Of a stretch of 64,000 nt of DNA, positions 56,384 to 64,000 are shown piece after piece. Source of the stretch: an uncultured Bacilli bacterium (lineage in GTDB: Bacteria; Bacillota_I; Bacilli_A; RF39; UBA660). Position 1 is the first letter of the stretch; each line of letters opens with the position of its first letter. Location of the stretch: positions 855 to 64,854 of the forward strand of contig CAKOQD010000003.1 in the NCBI GenBank assembly GCA_934101185.1, written 5' to 3'. Below the pieces are notes generated by a model, which ran no database searches, was not told the origin of the DNA, and saw nothing but the letters and a program-made list of their open reading frames with translations. A program made the translations under genes and the position numbers.

Positions 56384-57367
56384 TTAGTCTATATAATATA
56401 TCTTGTCTAACATTATTCCTGTCCCTTCAGCTACACATGCAAGTGGGTTTTCTGCTACTTTAACTGGTACTTTTAGTTCTTCTTCTAGAAGTTCTTTTAA
56501 GTTTTGAAGCATTGCTCCCCCTCCTGTTAACATTATTCCATTTTCTATGATGTCAGATGCTAGTTCTGGTGGAGTTTGTTCTAATACTACTTTTATCATG
56601 GATATTATTTTATTTATACTATCTTTTAATGCTTCTTCCACTTCATCGCTTGTTATTGTAATTGTTTTTGGAAGTCCCCCGATTAGATCTCTTCCTCTTA
56701 TTTCTAATTTTTCTTTTTTTGTGCTTTTTACCGTTCCTATTTTTATTTTTATATTTTCTGCAGTTTTTTCCCCGATTAAGAGTTTATATTTATTTTTTAC
56801 ATATTCTATTATATTTTCATCAAATGTATTTCCTGCGGTTTTAATTGATGCACTTGTTACTATGTTTCCTAATGATAAAACTGCAATATCAGTTGTTCCA
56901 CCACCAATGTCTACGACCATATTACCTATTGGCTCTCCGATTTCTAGACCTGCTCCTATTGCGGCAACTTTAGGTTCTTCTTCAATAAATACTTTTTTTG
57001 CGCCAGTTCTTTCTGCTGCTTCTTTTATGGCATTTTTTTCTACTTCTGTTATATTGGATGGACAACATATTATTATTCTTGGTTTTACTATTTTGTTTTT
57101 TATATTTATCTTTCTTAATAAATAGGATAGTAATGTTTCAACCATTTCGAAGTCTGCTATTACTCCATCTTTCATTGGTTTTATTGCCTTTATTTTTCCT
57201 GGTGTTCTTCCTAACATTTTGTTTGCTTCTTCTCCAAAGGCAATTGGTTTTTTTGTTTGTTCATCTACCACTATTACACTTGGTTCATTTACTATTATTC
57301 CTTCTCCTTTAACATAAACTAATATATTGACTGTTCCTAGGTCAATTCCTATATCTTTATTAAACAT
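56384..57367 (-). CDS. mreB: Rod-shape protein MreB/Mbl family
   Basis: 327 aa. IGIDLGTVNILVY, DIGGGTTDIAV, GIMLTGGGAML. No mreC/mreD follow, so it may be an Mbl/MreBH-type paralogue. Confidence 0.93.
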   Translation of the reverse strand: MFNKDIGIDLGTVNILVYVKGEGIIVNEPSVIVVDEQTKKPIAFGEEANKMLGRTPGKIKAIKPMKDGVIADFEMVETLLSYLLRKINIKNKIVKPRIIICCPSNITEVEKNAIKEAAERTGAKKVFIEEEPKVAAIGAGLEIGEPIGNMVVDIGGGTTDIAVLSLGNIVTSASIKTAGNTFDENIIEYVKNKYKLLIGEKTAENIKIKIGTVKSTKKEKLEIRGRDLIGGLPKTITITSDEVEEALKDSINKIISMIKVVLEQTPPELASDIIENGIMLTGGGAMLQNLKELLEEELKVPVKVAENPLACVAEGTGIMLDKIYYID

Positions 57368-57368
57368 A

Positions 57369-58001
57369 TTAGTATCCTTTTATGTTTTCACTGAAGTATT
57401 TTTCTGGATCTATTAGTTTATTGTTACTATATAATTCAAAATGTAAATGATTTCCTAGGTCTTGACTTATTGCGTTTGTAGATGATGTTGCTATTGTTTG
57501 TCCTTGTTTTACTTCTTCATTTTCTTTTACAAGTACATCTTTTACACTTTGATAGACACTAACTAAATTATCATTATGTTTTATCTTTATAGTTGTTCCT
57601 GTTATATCGTCTTTTGTTACTGATAGAATTTTTCCGTCTTTGATTGCATTTACTTTAAAAACTGAATCATTTGTGTAATCTACTCCACTGTTTTGAATAT
57701 AAGTATTTTCGTAGTATATGATTGATTTTTCTTGTGTTTCTTTATTTTGATAGTCATAGAATGTTTTCCCAATTTTTACTTTGTCATCATCATATGGTCT
57801 CACAACACTTTTTTGTTCTTCTTTTGTAACTGGTACAACATTATCAGTAAGCACTTCGTATGAAACGTATGTATAGTTGTCACTTATTTTAGAGTCTACT
57901 ACTGACATTGATCTTACTAGTGCAAAGCTAAGTAAACAGAATACGCATATACTTGCAAATATTATTCCTTCTACTGTGTAGTTTCTTGTTATTTTTTTCA
58001 T
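57369..58001 (-). CDS. spoIIQ: Stage II sporulation protein Q-like (TM anchor plus degenerate LytM/M23 domain)
   Basis: 210 aa. IGKTFYDYQNKETQEKSIIYYENTYIQNSGVDYT...LVSVYQSVKDVLVKENEEVKQGQTIA...LGNHLHFELYSNNKLIDPEKYF is colinear with B. subtilis SpoIIQ (VVKKFYE...LVTYNNTYSLSKGIDLA...STVYQSLSEVSVEQGDKVKQNQVIG...SGNHVHFEIRKDGVAMNPLNF), recalled from memory. Ser replaces the first zinc-ligand His. Confidence 0.7.
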   Translation of the reverse strand: MKKITRNYTVEGIIFASICVFCLLSFALVRSMSVVDSKISDNYTYVSYEVLTDNVVPVTKEEQKSVVRPYDDDKVKIGKTFYDYQNKETQEKSIIYYENTYIQNSGVDYTNDSVFKVNAIKDGKILSVTKDDITGTTIKIKHNDNLVSVYQSVKDVLVKENEEVKQGQTIATSSTNAISQDLGNHLHFELYSNNKLIDPEKYFSENIKGY

Positions 58002-58056
58002 TATAAAATCACCTCATTAAAAGTTTTAACAATTAATGAGGTTTTTATTCATAAAC

Positions 58057-58251
58057 TTAAAATATTTTTATAGTTGTTGCAATTTCGTAAATGAAGTTTG
58101 TTACTAAATATATTAGTGATATTGCTAAGAAGAAGTAAAATAGTCTTGCTTGAAAGATTTTATTTTTTTTAAATACATTATTTATATTTACTGAGTCTAG
58201 TGATATTATTACTAATACTGTTATTAAAAAGTATAGAGCTATTTTACCCAT
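58057..58251 (-). CDS. Small membrane protein, DUF1146 (YwzB-like)
   Basis: 64 aa with 2 TM. SLDSVNINNVFKKNKIFQARLFYFFLAISLIYLVTNFI fits the DUF1146 pattern as I recall it. Confidence 0.6.
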   Translation of the reverse strand: MGKIALYFLITVLVIISLDSVNINNVFKKNKIFQARLFYFFLAISLIYLVTNFIYEIATTIKIF

Positions 58252-58693
58252 TTTCGTACTCCTTAATTTGATTTATTCTTTTTATATATTTTTCTTGATT
58301 GTTTTCTTCTGAGGTTAAGAATGTTTTTATAATTTGTTTTGTTTTTAATTTTGACATTTCTCCAGATAATGCAATTATATTGGCATGATTGTGTTCTTTT
58401 GCAAGTCGTGCTTCTTTTTTATTTGATACTTTTGCACAAATTATTCCTTTTACTTTATTGCATGCTATTGAGATTCCTATTCCTGTTCCACAAAGGGCAA
58501 TTCCTAGATCGGCTTTTTTGTCTTTTATTGTTTCTCCTAGTAGTATTCCATATTTTGGATAGTCTGCACTTTCTTTACTATTTGTTCCTAAATCTAGTAC
58601 TTCATAGTTTTGTTCTTTTAAATAGTTTATTAGTTCTTGTTTCATTTCATAGCCGCGATGATCTGATGCTATTGCTATTTTCATTTTTATCAC
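58244..58693 (-). CDS. rpiB: Ribose-5-phosphate isomerase B
   Basis: 149 aa. KIAIASDHRGYEMKQ, CGTGIGISIACNKVKGI. Confidence 0.92.
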   Translation of the reverse strand: MIKMKIAIASDHRGYEMKQELINYLKEQNYEVLDLGTNSKESADYPKYGILLGETIKDKKADLGIALCGTGIGISIACNKVKGIICAKVSNKKEARLAKEHNHANIIALSGEMSKLKTKQIIKTFLTSEENNQEKYIKRINQIKEYENG

Positions 58694-58741
58694 CTATATT
58701 TAGTATACTATTTTATTAAAAAAAAAGATACTTTTTTGTAT

Positions 58742-59716
58742 CTATTTGACATTTTCTCTTATTTCATTTAATAAGTTTTTAAATTCTTGTTCTGTTTTAC
58801 ATGATGTTATTTTATTTTTATATTCTTTTATATTTGGTAGTCCTTTTATATACCAAAGTGCATGCATTCTAATTTCTAGTAGTGCTTGTTTTTCGCTAGT
58901 ATATTTTTTTAAAAGTTCGTAGTGATGCTCAATCATATCTATTTTTTCTGTATTTGTTGGAGGATCTATTATTTTATTATTTTCTATGTATTCTACACAT
59001 TCTTTTATGAACCATGGATTACCTAGTGTTGCTCTTCCGATCATTATAGCATCGCATTTTGTTTCATCAAGCATTTTTTTCGCATCATATATTGTTTTTA
59101 TGTCTCCGTTTCCTATTACTGGTATGCTAACATTTTCTTTTACTTGCTTTATTATGTCCCAATTTGCTTTACCCCTGTATCCTTGACTTCTTGTTCTTGC
59201 ATGAATAGCTATTAGTGAGGCTCCAGCTTGTTCTATTTTTTGTGCTACTTCTACAGCATTTATACTATTTTCATCCCAACCGCTTCTTATTTTTACGCTT
59301 ATTGGAGTATTTGTATTTTCTACTACTTGTTTAACTATTTCATATATTTTATCCGGATTTTTTAACAGGGCACTTCCTGCTTGAGATTTTAATGCTATTT
59401 TAGGGACTGGGCATCCCATATTTATGTCTATTATATCTGGATGATAATTGTCTTCGATATATTTTGCTGCTTTGATGAAGGAATCTATATCGTTTCCAAA
59501 TATTTGGATACTTATTGGTCTTTCTGTTTCATTAAAGTTTATTAGGTCTATAGTTTTTTGACTTCCATATTTGATACCCATTGTACTTATCATTTCTGAG
59601 TATATTAAGCCTGCGCCCATTTCTTTTATAATTGTTCTAAAACTTATATTTGATACTCCAGCCATTGGTGCAAATACTACTTTATTTTTTATTTTTATAT
59701 TTCCTACTTCAAACAT
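58742..59716 (-). CDS. dusB: tRNA-dihydrouridine synthase
   Basis: 324 aa. APMAGVSN, DINMGCPVPK, SVKIRSGW, IHARTR, GNGDI. Confidence 0.92.
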   Translation of the reverse strand: MFEVGNIKIKNKVVFAPMAGVSNISFRTIIKEMGAGLIYSEMISTMGIKYGSQKTIDLINFNETERPISIQIFGNDIDSFIKAAKYIEDNYHPDIIDINMGCPVPKIALKSQAGSALLKNPDKIYEIVKQVVENTNTPISVKIRSGWDENSINAVEVAQKIEQAGASLIAIHARTRSQGYRGKANWDIIKQVKENVSIPVIGNGDIKTIYDAKKMLDETKCDAIMIGRATLGNPWFIKECVEYIENNKIIDPPTNTEKIDMIEHHYELLKKYTSEKQALLEIRMHALWYIKGLPNIKEYKNKITSCKTEQEFKNLLNEIRENVK

Positions 59717-59734
59717 GTTTTTTCCCTTTCTATC

Positions 59735-60364
59735 TTATAATTTTTTTCCTTTTACATAATAGGATTGTTCTGCATCTTGTAAGATAACGAAATCATTTAT
59801 ATCTATATATGTTCCTTGTTCTAGATCTTTTGATGTTACTTTTTCTTTTTTATAAATATTATTTTCTTTGGATAGTTTGTATGTTTTATATTCTATCTCT
59901 GTTCCTGTACGTCCTATTCCTTCGTAATTTGAGAATGTTTTTTTACTTACTGTTTTCCATTTTGTTGGAAATGTTAGTTTTCCATTTTTATTTTTATATG
60001 GTGTTGTACTTTTTATTTGATATATTGTTCCTTGTTTATTTAATTCTTCTTCTATTTCATCTTTTAATAAATCTGTTTCATACAAATTATTTTGATAAAG
60101 ATAGTTTCCTAAGTCATCTTTTATTATATAGTCTCCTGTATTTGTGTATGATTTTGAATTAAAATTACAATCTTTGTATGTATATTCTATATCATTTTTA
60201 TTTTTATAAATGTGATAATGATCTTCTTTTATATTGCATGTTTTGTCTTTAGCGCATCCTGTTAATGATGTTGATATAATTGTTCCTATTAAGAATAGTG
60301 TCATAATTTTTTTCTTGGTATTTTTTGGATATAGTTTAATATTTCCTATTATTTTATTTTTCAT
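59735..60364 (-). CDS. Lipoprotein of unknown function
   Basis: 209 aa with signal peptide and lipobox SLTGC. K/Y/N-rich mature part. Confidence 0.6.
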   Translation of the reverse strand: MKNKIIGNIKLYPKNTKKKIMTLFLIGTIISTSLTGCAKDKTCNIKEDHYHIYKNKNDIEYTYKDCNFNSKSYTNTGDYIIKDDLGNYLYQNNLYETDLLKDEIEEELNKQGTIYQIKSTTPYKNKNGKLTFPTKWKTVSKKTFSNYEGIGRTGTEIEYKTYKLSKENNIYKKEKVTSKDLEQGTYIDINDFVILQDAEQSYYVKGKKL

Positions 60365-60435
60365 ATGTTCACCTCAGGTGCCTGTATTATAGCATAATTA
60401 TGTTCTTAAATCAAGAAAAAAGACAATTGAGTCTT

Positions 60436-60981
60436 TTATTTGTCTTCGTTTATAAAATTTTCTTCAACTGAGTTTTCTATTTGTTTTGATATTTCTTCTT
60501 GTTCTTGTTCGTCAATTATATCTTCCCATTCGTCTTCATCTTCGTCAACTGAAATACGCATTTTTGTATCTCCGACTATTTCTATTCCTAGTTCTTTTTC
60601 AATAGAATATTCTATTTTTCCTCCATTTATTTCTACTTTTGTACAACTTGGTTGTTTTAGGCTTCTTACAATTATTTCTTCTTGACTATTAGATTCTAGT
60701 TCTTTTGTTCTTTTTACATTTAGCAATTCACTGTATGATATTGTTTGTTTAGATACAATTGTTTTTGTATCATTATCGTATGAGTACCAAATGTTTACGT
60801 CACAAGTTCCTTCTACTCGGATTTTATCGTTTTCTTTTTGTCCTTTGAATTTATGATTTATTACCCAACATCCAAGTATAGTTGTAGGAATTTCTTCTGG
60901 TATTAAAGTATAGTTATTTGAAAATAGTTTTTTACCTTTTCCTATCACTGCTTTTGTGACTATTTCTCTAAAACTGCCCAC
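60436..60981 (-). CDS. cotE: Spore coat morphogenetic protein CotE
   Basis: FREIVTKAVIGKGKKLF...ILGCWVINHKF...DVNIWYSYDNDTKT...VRSLKQPSC...EIVGDTK plus an acidic tail is colinear with B. subtilis CotE (YREIITKAVVAKGRKF...ILGGWIINHKY...DINVWYSYADNTKT...). The probable start is GTG 60981 after SD AGGGGTGA, giving 181 aa; the track uses TTG 60996. Confidence 0.85.
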   Translation of the reverse strand: MGSFREIVTKAVIGKGKKLFSNNYTLIPEEIPTTILGCWVINHKFKGQKENDKIRVEGTCDVNIWYSYDNDTKTIVSKQTISYSELLNVKRTKELESNSQEEIIVRSLKQPSCTKVEINGGKIEYSIEKELGIEIVGDTKMRISVDEDEDEWEDIIDEQEQEEISKQIENSVEENFINEDK

Positions 60982-61036
60982 TATATCACCCCTCAATTTA
61001 ATTTATGCTAATATAATGGTTTTGTTGACTTTTTTA

Positions 61037-62026
61037 TTAATAAATATATACTGGGGTCCCAATGGATACCATTGAATATAGTTTTTGGGCATTGTAATAT
61101 GGCATATTAACACATCCATGACTACCGTTAGTTTTATATATTTGTCCTCCGAATGATGAGCGCCATGTTGCATCATGTAATCCGTATGCTGTTCCTTTGA
61201 ATGCTATCCAATAGTATACAAAGCTTGCATAGTCTTTTCCTCTTAATGTTGTATTCCTTGCTTTGTTTACTACTTTATATGTTCCAATTGGAGTTGTGTT
61301 GTTTAATCCTGTTACTATGCTTGATTTTAATACTAGTTTATCGTTTTGATAATACCTTAGTGTTTGTGCTGGTATTGATACTTCAATGAATGTTCCTTTG
61401 TAGTTTGATTTTTCATTTTTTGGATAAGTATACTTTGGTTTTGGTTTTGGTTTTTCTTTTACTGTAACATTTATTGTTTTTTCTGTTTTATTTCCACTTG
61501 AATCTACAACTGAGTATTTTACTGTGTATTTGCCTGCTTTTTTAGTATTTACGTTTGATGTTACTTTAACTTTTTTGGTGATATTTCCATCTACATTGTC
61601 TATTGCTTTGTAGTTTGGAGTTTTAAAATTATCTCCAACTTGTTTAGTAATTTGTGTTTTTCCTTCGATTGTGAGGACTGGTTTTGTGGTATCAACTACT
61701 TTTATTTTTCTTTTTAATTCTTTTTGTTTTTTTATTTTGTCAAAGTTTAAAGTATAACTTATTTCATATTCTCCGATGGCATTAATATTTAAGTTTGATA
61801 GTACTTTGACATCTGTTTCTTTGTCTTTTTTATTTACTATGGCAATATATCCTGGATCTTTGTATTCTTTTCCTACTTCAAGAGTTAGTGTTTCTTCTCC
61901 ATTTAATTTGAATGTTGCGTTGTTAAAATCATCTATCATCTTAAAGTATAATATTAATAACATAGTTATTGTTAGTATTATAATGATCGGAAGAATTGTT
62001 AATATTATTTTTTTCTTATTGCCCAT
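61037..62026 (-). CDS. L,D-transpeptidase (YkuD domain) with N-terminal TM anchor and two Ig-like (DUF5011-type) domains
   Basis: 329 aa. Two repeats of ...YKDPGY.A......D(V/I)T..V.V.S.(L/V)N....G.Y...Y... are followed by the YkuD catalytic context GLHDATWR...GSHGCVNMP. Confidence 0.8.
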   Translation of the reverse strand: MGNKKKIILTILPIIIILTITMLLILYFKMIDDFNNATFKLNGEETLTLEVGKEYKDPGYIAIVNKKDKETDVKVLSNLNINAIGEYEISYTLNFDKIKKQKELKRKIKVVDTTKPVLTIEGKTQITKQVGDNFKTPNYKAIDNVDGNITKKVKVTSNVNTKKAGKYTVKYSVVDSSGNKTEKTINVTVKEKPKPKPKYTYPKNEKSNYKGTFIEVSIPAQTLRYYQNDKLVLKSSIVTGLNNTTPIGTYKVVNKARNTTLRGKDYASFVYYWIAFKGTAYGLHDATWRSSFGGQIYKTNGSHGCVNMPYYNAQKLYSMVSIGTPVYIY

Positions 62027-62091
62027 AGTTTCACCAATTATATAGTATCATATTTTTTTGTTTTTACAAATAGTTTTAAAAAAAGAATATG

Positions 62092-63498
62092 TTATTTTAC
62101 ATATTCTCCATCTAGGCTCCAAGTTTTTATTTGTATTATTTTTACTTCTACTATTTTGCCTATTATTTCTTTTGGGCCTTTTATATTTACTAGTTTGTTA
62201 GTATCAGTATAACCCATTAACATATTGTTTTTGTCACTTGGCCCTTCGACTAAAACTTTTACTGTTTTATTTAGTAATTTTTTATTGTTTTCAAGTGCGT
62301 ACTTATTTATTAGTTCATTTAATTTATATAATCTTTCTTCTTTTTCTTCTAAAGAGATGTTATCTTGCATTTTTTCTGCAGGTGTTCCTACTCTTTTTGA
62401 AAATATAAAGGTAAATGCTAGATCAAACTTACACTTATTTACTAAGTCTAAAGTATCATTGAATTGTTCTTCTGTTTCATTAGGAAATCCAACGATTATA
62501 TCAGTTGTTATTGAAACATTTGGTATTTTTTCTTTTATTTTGTTGAATAATGTTAAGTATTCTTCTTTTGTATAGCGTCTTCCCATTAGTTTTAGTATTT
62601 CGTTGTTTCCTGATTGTACTGGTAAATGAATACTTGGCATTATGTTTTTATATTTTGCAATTGTTTCAATCATGTCATCTGTAAAGTCCCATGGATGTGA
62701 TGTTACAAATCTTATTCTATTGATATTAGTTTTTGCAACATCTGTTAATAAATCTGTCATGGTGTAATCTATGTTTAAATCTTTTCCATAGGCATTTACG
62801 TTTTGTCCTAATAGTGTCACTTCTTGATATCCATCTTTTACAAGTTGTTCTACTTCTTTTATGATATCATTTGGTTTTCTACTTCTTTGTTTTCCTCTTG
62901 TGTATGGTACAATACAGTATGTACAGAACTTATCACATCCATACATTATATTAACAAATGCTTTTACTTTGCTATTTCTTGTAGTAGGTAGCCCTTCGAG
63001 TACTTTTCCTTCGCAACTTTGTGCTTCAATTTTTAGTTCGTGTTCTTTTAATGAATCATATACTAATTCACTTAATTGTTCTATATTGTGTGTTCCTAAT
63101 ACAAAGTCCATCCATTTGTATTTTTTTAATATTTCTTGTGCCACTACTTCTTCTTGAGCCATGCATCCTGCGATTCCTACGATTAAGTCTTTTTTAGTAC
63201 TTTTTAAATGTTTTGCTCTTCCTAACATGCCAAATACTTTATTATGGGCATTTTCTCTTATTGAGCAGGTATTTAGTAGCACTAGGTCAGCATCTTCCAT
63301 ATTTTCAGTTTCTTTAAAACCCATTTCTTCAAGTATTGCTTTCATGTTTTCACTATCATGTTCATTCATTTGACAACCGTATGTTTTTAGAAAGTATTTT
63401 TTATTATTTACAATATTTTGATATTTCGATTCATAATAATTTGTTTCTACTTCTTTATTTGTTCTTTTTTTTGCTTCTTTTAAGTTTGGGATATTCAT
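62092..63498 (-). CDS. miaB: tRNA-2-methylthio-N6-dimethylallyladenosine synthase
   Basis: 468 aa. N-terminal cluster YGCQMNEHDSE...NTCSIRE...GCMAQ, radical-SAM CDKFCTYCIVP, and a C-terminal TRAM domain. Confidence 0.95.
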   Translation of the reverse strand: MNIPNLKEAKKRTNKEVETNYYESKYQNIVNNKKYFLKTYGCQMNEHDSENMKAILEEMGFKETENMEDADLVLLNTCSIRENAHNKVFGMLGRAKHLKSTKKDLIVGIAGCMAQEEVVAQEILKKYKWMDFVLGTHNIEQLSELVYDSLKEHELKIEAQSCEGKVLEGLPTTRNSKVKAFVNIMYGCDKFCTYCIVPYTRGKQRSRKPNDIIKEVEQLVKDGYQEVTLLGQNVNAYGKDLNIDYTMTDLLTDVAKTNINRIRFVTSHPWDFTDDMIETIAKYKNIMPSIHLPVQSGNNEILKLMGRRYTKEEYLTLFNKIKEKIPNVSITTDIIVGFPNETEEQFNDTLDLVNKCKFDLAFTFIFSKRVGTPAEKMQDNISLEEKEERLYKLNELINKYALENNKKLLNKTVKVLVEGPSDKNNMLMGYTDTNKLVNIKGPKEIIGKIVEVKIIQIKTWSLDGEYVK

Positions 63499-63558
63499 AA
63501 TTCATCACTCCAGTTATAGATTATAAAAGAAAAAAGTAAATTAATCAAGTAATTTACT

Positions 63559-64000
63559 TTAAACTTCTTGTAATACACTATATACAATATTATCTAAATA
63601 TTTTATTTCATTGTTTTGCACGTGATTTTTTATTTCTTCAAAATTCTTTGTAATAGTATTTACTATTTTTTCTACTTTTGGTAATAATTCTTTATCAACA
63701 AGATTGTCAATAATTATTTCCAAGTTATTCATTTTAGAATAAATACCATAGTTATTACTTCTTATATAGTTTTCATATAAGTTTTTAAAGGATACTAGAT
63801 CTATATTATTGAATCTATCATCTTCGAGTATTTTTACTGTTGTATATATGTAATGTTCATTGATTGATTTATCTAGAATTGTTTCTCCTTTTTTATTCCT
63901 AATATTTGGAATAAAGTTTTTATTTTTTTGTAGTTGTTTTATTATTTCTAGAACTTCACGATAATTTTTTGATACTAAAATATGCGCGAATGTTTCTCCT
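63559..64000 (-). CDS. Hypothetical protein, C-terminal 146 aa only (5' end outside the window)
   Basis: Hand translation gives ...GETFAHILVSKNYREVLEIIKQLQKNKNFIPNIRNKKGETILDKSINEHYIYTTVKILEDDRFNN...NEIKYLDNIVYSVLQEV* (TAA 63561-63559). The two G-E-T-(F/I)-(A/L) segments are faintly ankyrin-repeat-like, and I do not trust this beyond a hint. Confidence 0.45.
   Translation of the reverse strand, partial: GETFAHILVSKNYREVLEIIKQLQKNKNFIPNIRNKKGETILDKSINEHYIYTTVKILEDDRFNNIDLVSFKNLYENYIRSNNYGIYSKMNNLEIIIDNLVDKELLPKVEKIVNTITKNFEEIKNHVQNNEIKYLDNIVYSVLQEV

Noticed and set aside
1-64000. Possibility of Mollicutes-type genetic code (UGA = Trp), given the extreme AT content.
   Set aside because: All conserved genes are full length under the standard code. 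Conserved Trp positions are TGG (e.g. in tuf, valS, cysS). At least one gene (orfE, 24369) ends with TGA at a sensible position.
63559-64000. Ankyrin-repeat assignment for the partial right-edge ORF.
   Set aside because: Only two loose G-E-T-x-(A/L)H/D-like segments are visible and the protein is truncated. That is insufficient to call a domain, so it is reported only as hypothetical.

Overview
This is a very AT-rich (by eye about three quarters A+T), gene-dense chromosomal window from a low-GC, endospore-forming Firmicute (Bacillota). I cannot name the species. The code is standard, since conserved genes are full length with TAA/TAG/TGA as stops. There are roughly 65 protein genes plus one tRNA. 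Every gene except one small DUF378 gene (3157-3348) is on the minus strand. The backbone is housekeeping: infC-rpmI-rplT abutting rpsB-tsf-(lipoprotein)-frr, tRNA-Lys, trpS, the str operon rpsL-rpsG-fusA-tuf, valS (T-box), trxB-lgt, uvrA, the conserved clpC-gltX-cysS-mrnC-rlmB-sigH array, lysS (T-box), rpmE, murA, pssA, uvrB, folD, hpf, csp, tagO, an mreB-family gene, rpiB, dusB and miaB. Sporulation markers are present: sigH, a spoIIQ-like gene, cotE, an S41 Ctp protease and a YdcC-like lipoprotein. I see no rRNA, CRISPR, transposase, integrase, prophage or recognisable defence enzymes. Five things deserve a second look. (1) A tightly packed six-gene operon of family-less proteins (23.8-28.4 kb) with its own promoter and terminator sits between sigH and uvrA. 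It encodes a kinase-C-lobe-like pseudoenzyme, a Q/N-rich tail-anchored protein, a membrane protein and a 567-aa coiled-coil protein. (2) Ribosomal proteins S2 and L20 both carry a K/E linker plus a nearly identical Rho-N/HeH-like C-terminal module, while rho is missing from the murA-rpmE junction where Bacillus has it. (3) A kinase-less LytTR regulatory module (52.9-55.2 kb) contains an AgrB-like membrane protein, a sigma-region-4-like mini HTH and a pseudo-receiver. (4) S12 carries Ile in place of the conserved decoding-loop Pro. (5) Smaller items are a T-box on lysS, an unannotated 34-aa membrane sORF, internal and tandem repeats in surface proteins, and a non-AUG infC start behind an L20-type attenuator. 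All family assignments come from motif recognition by eye and memory of reference sequences, not from database searches.
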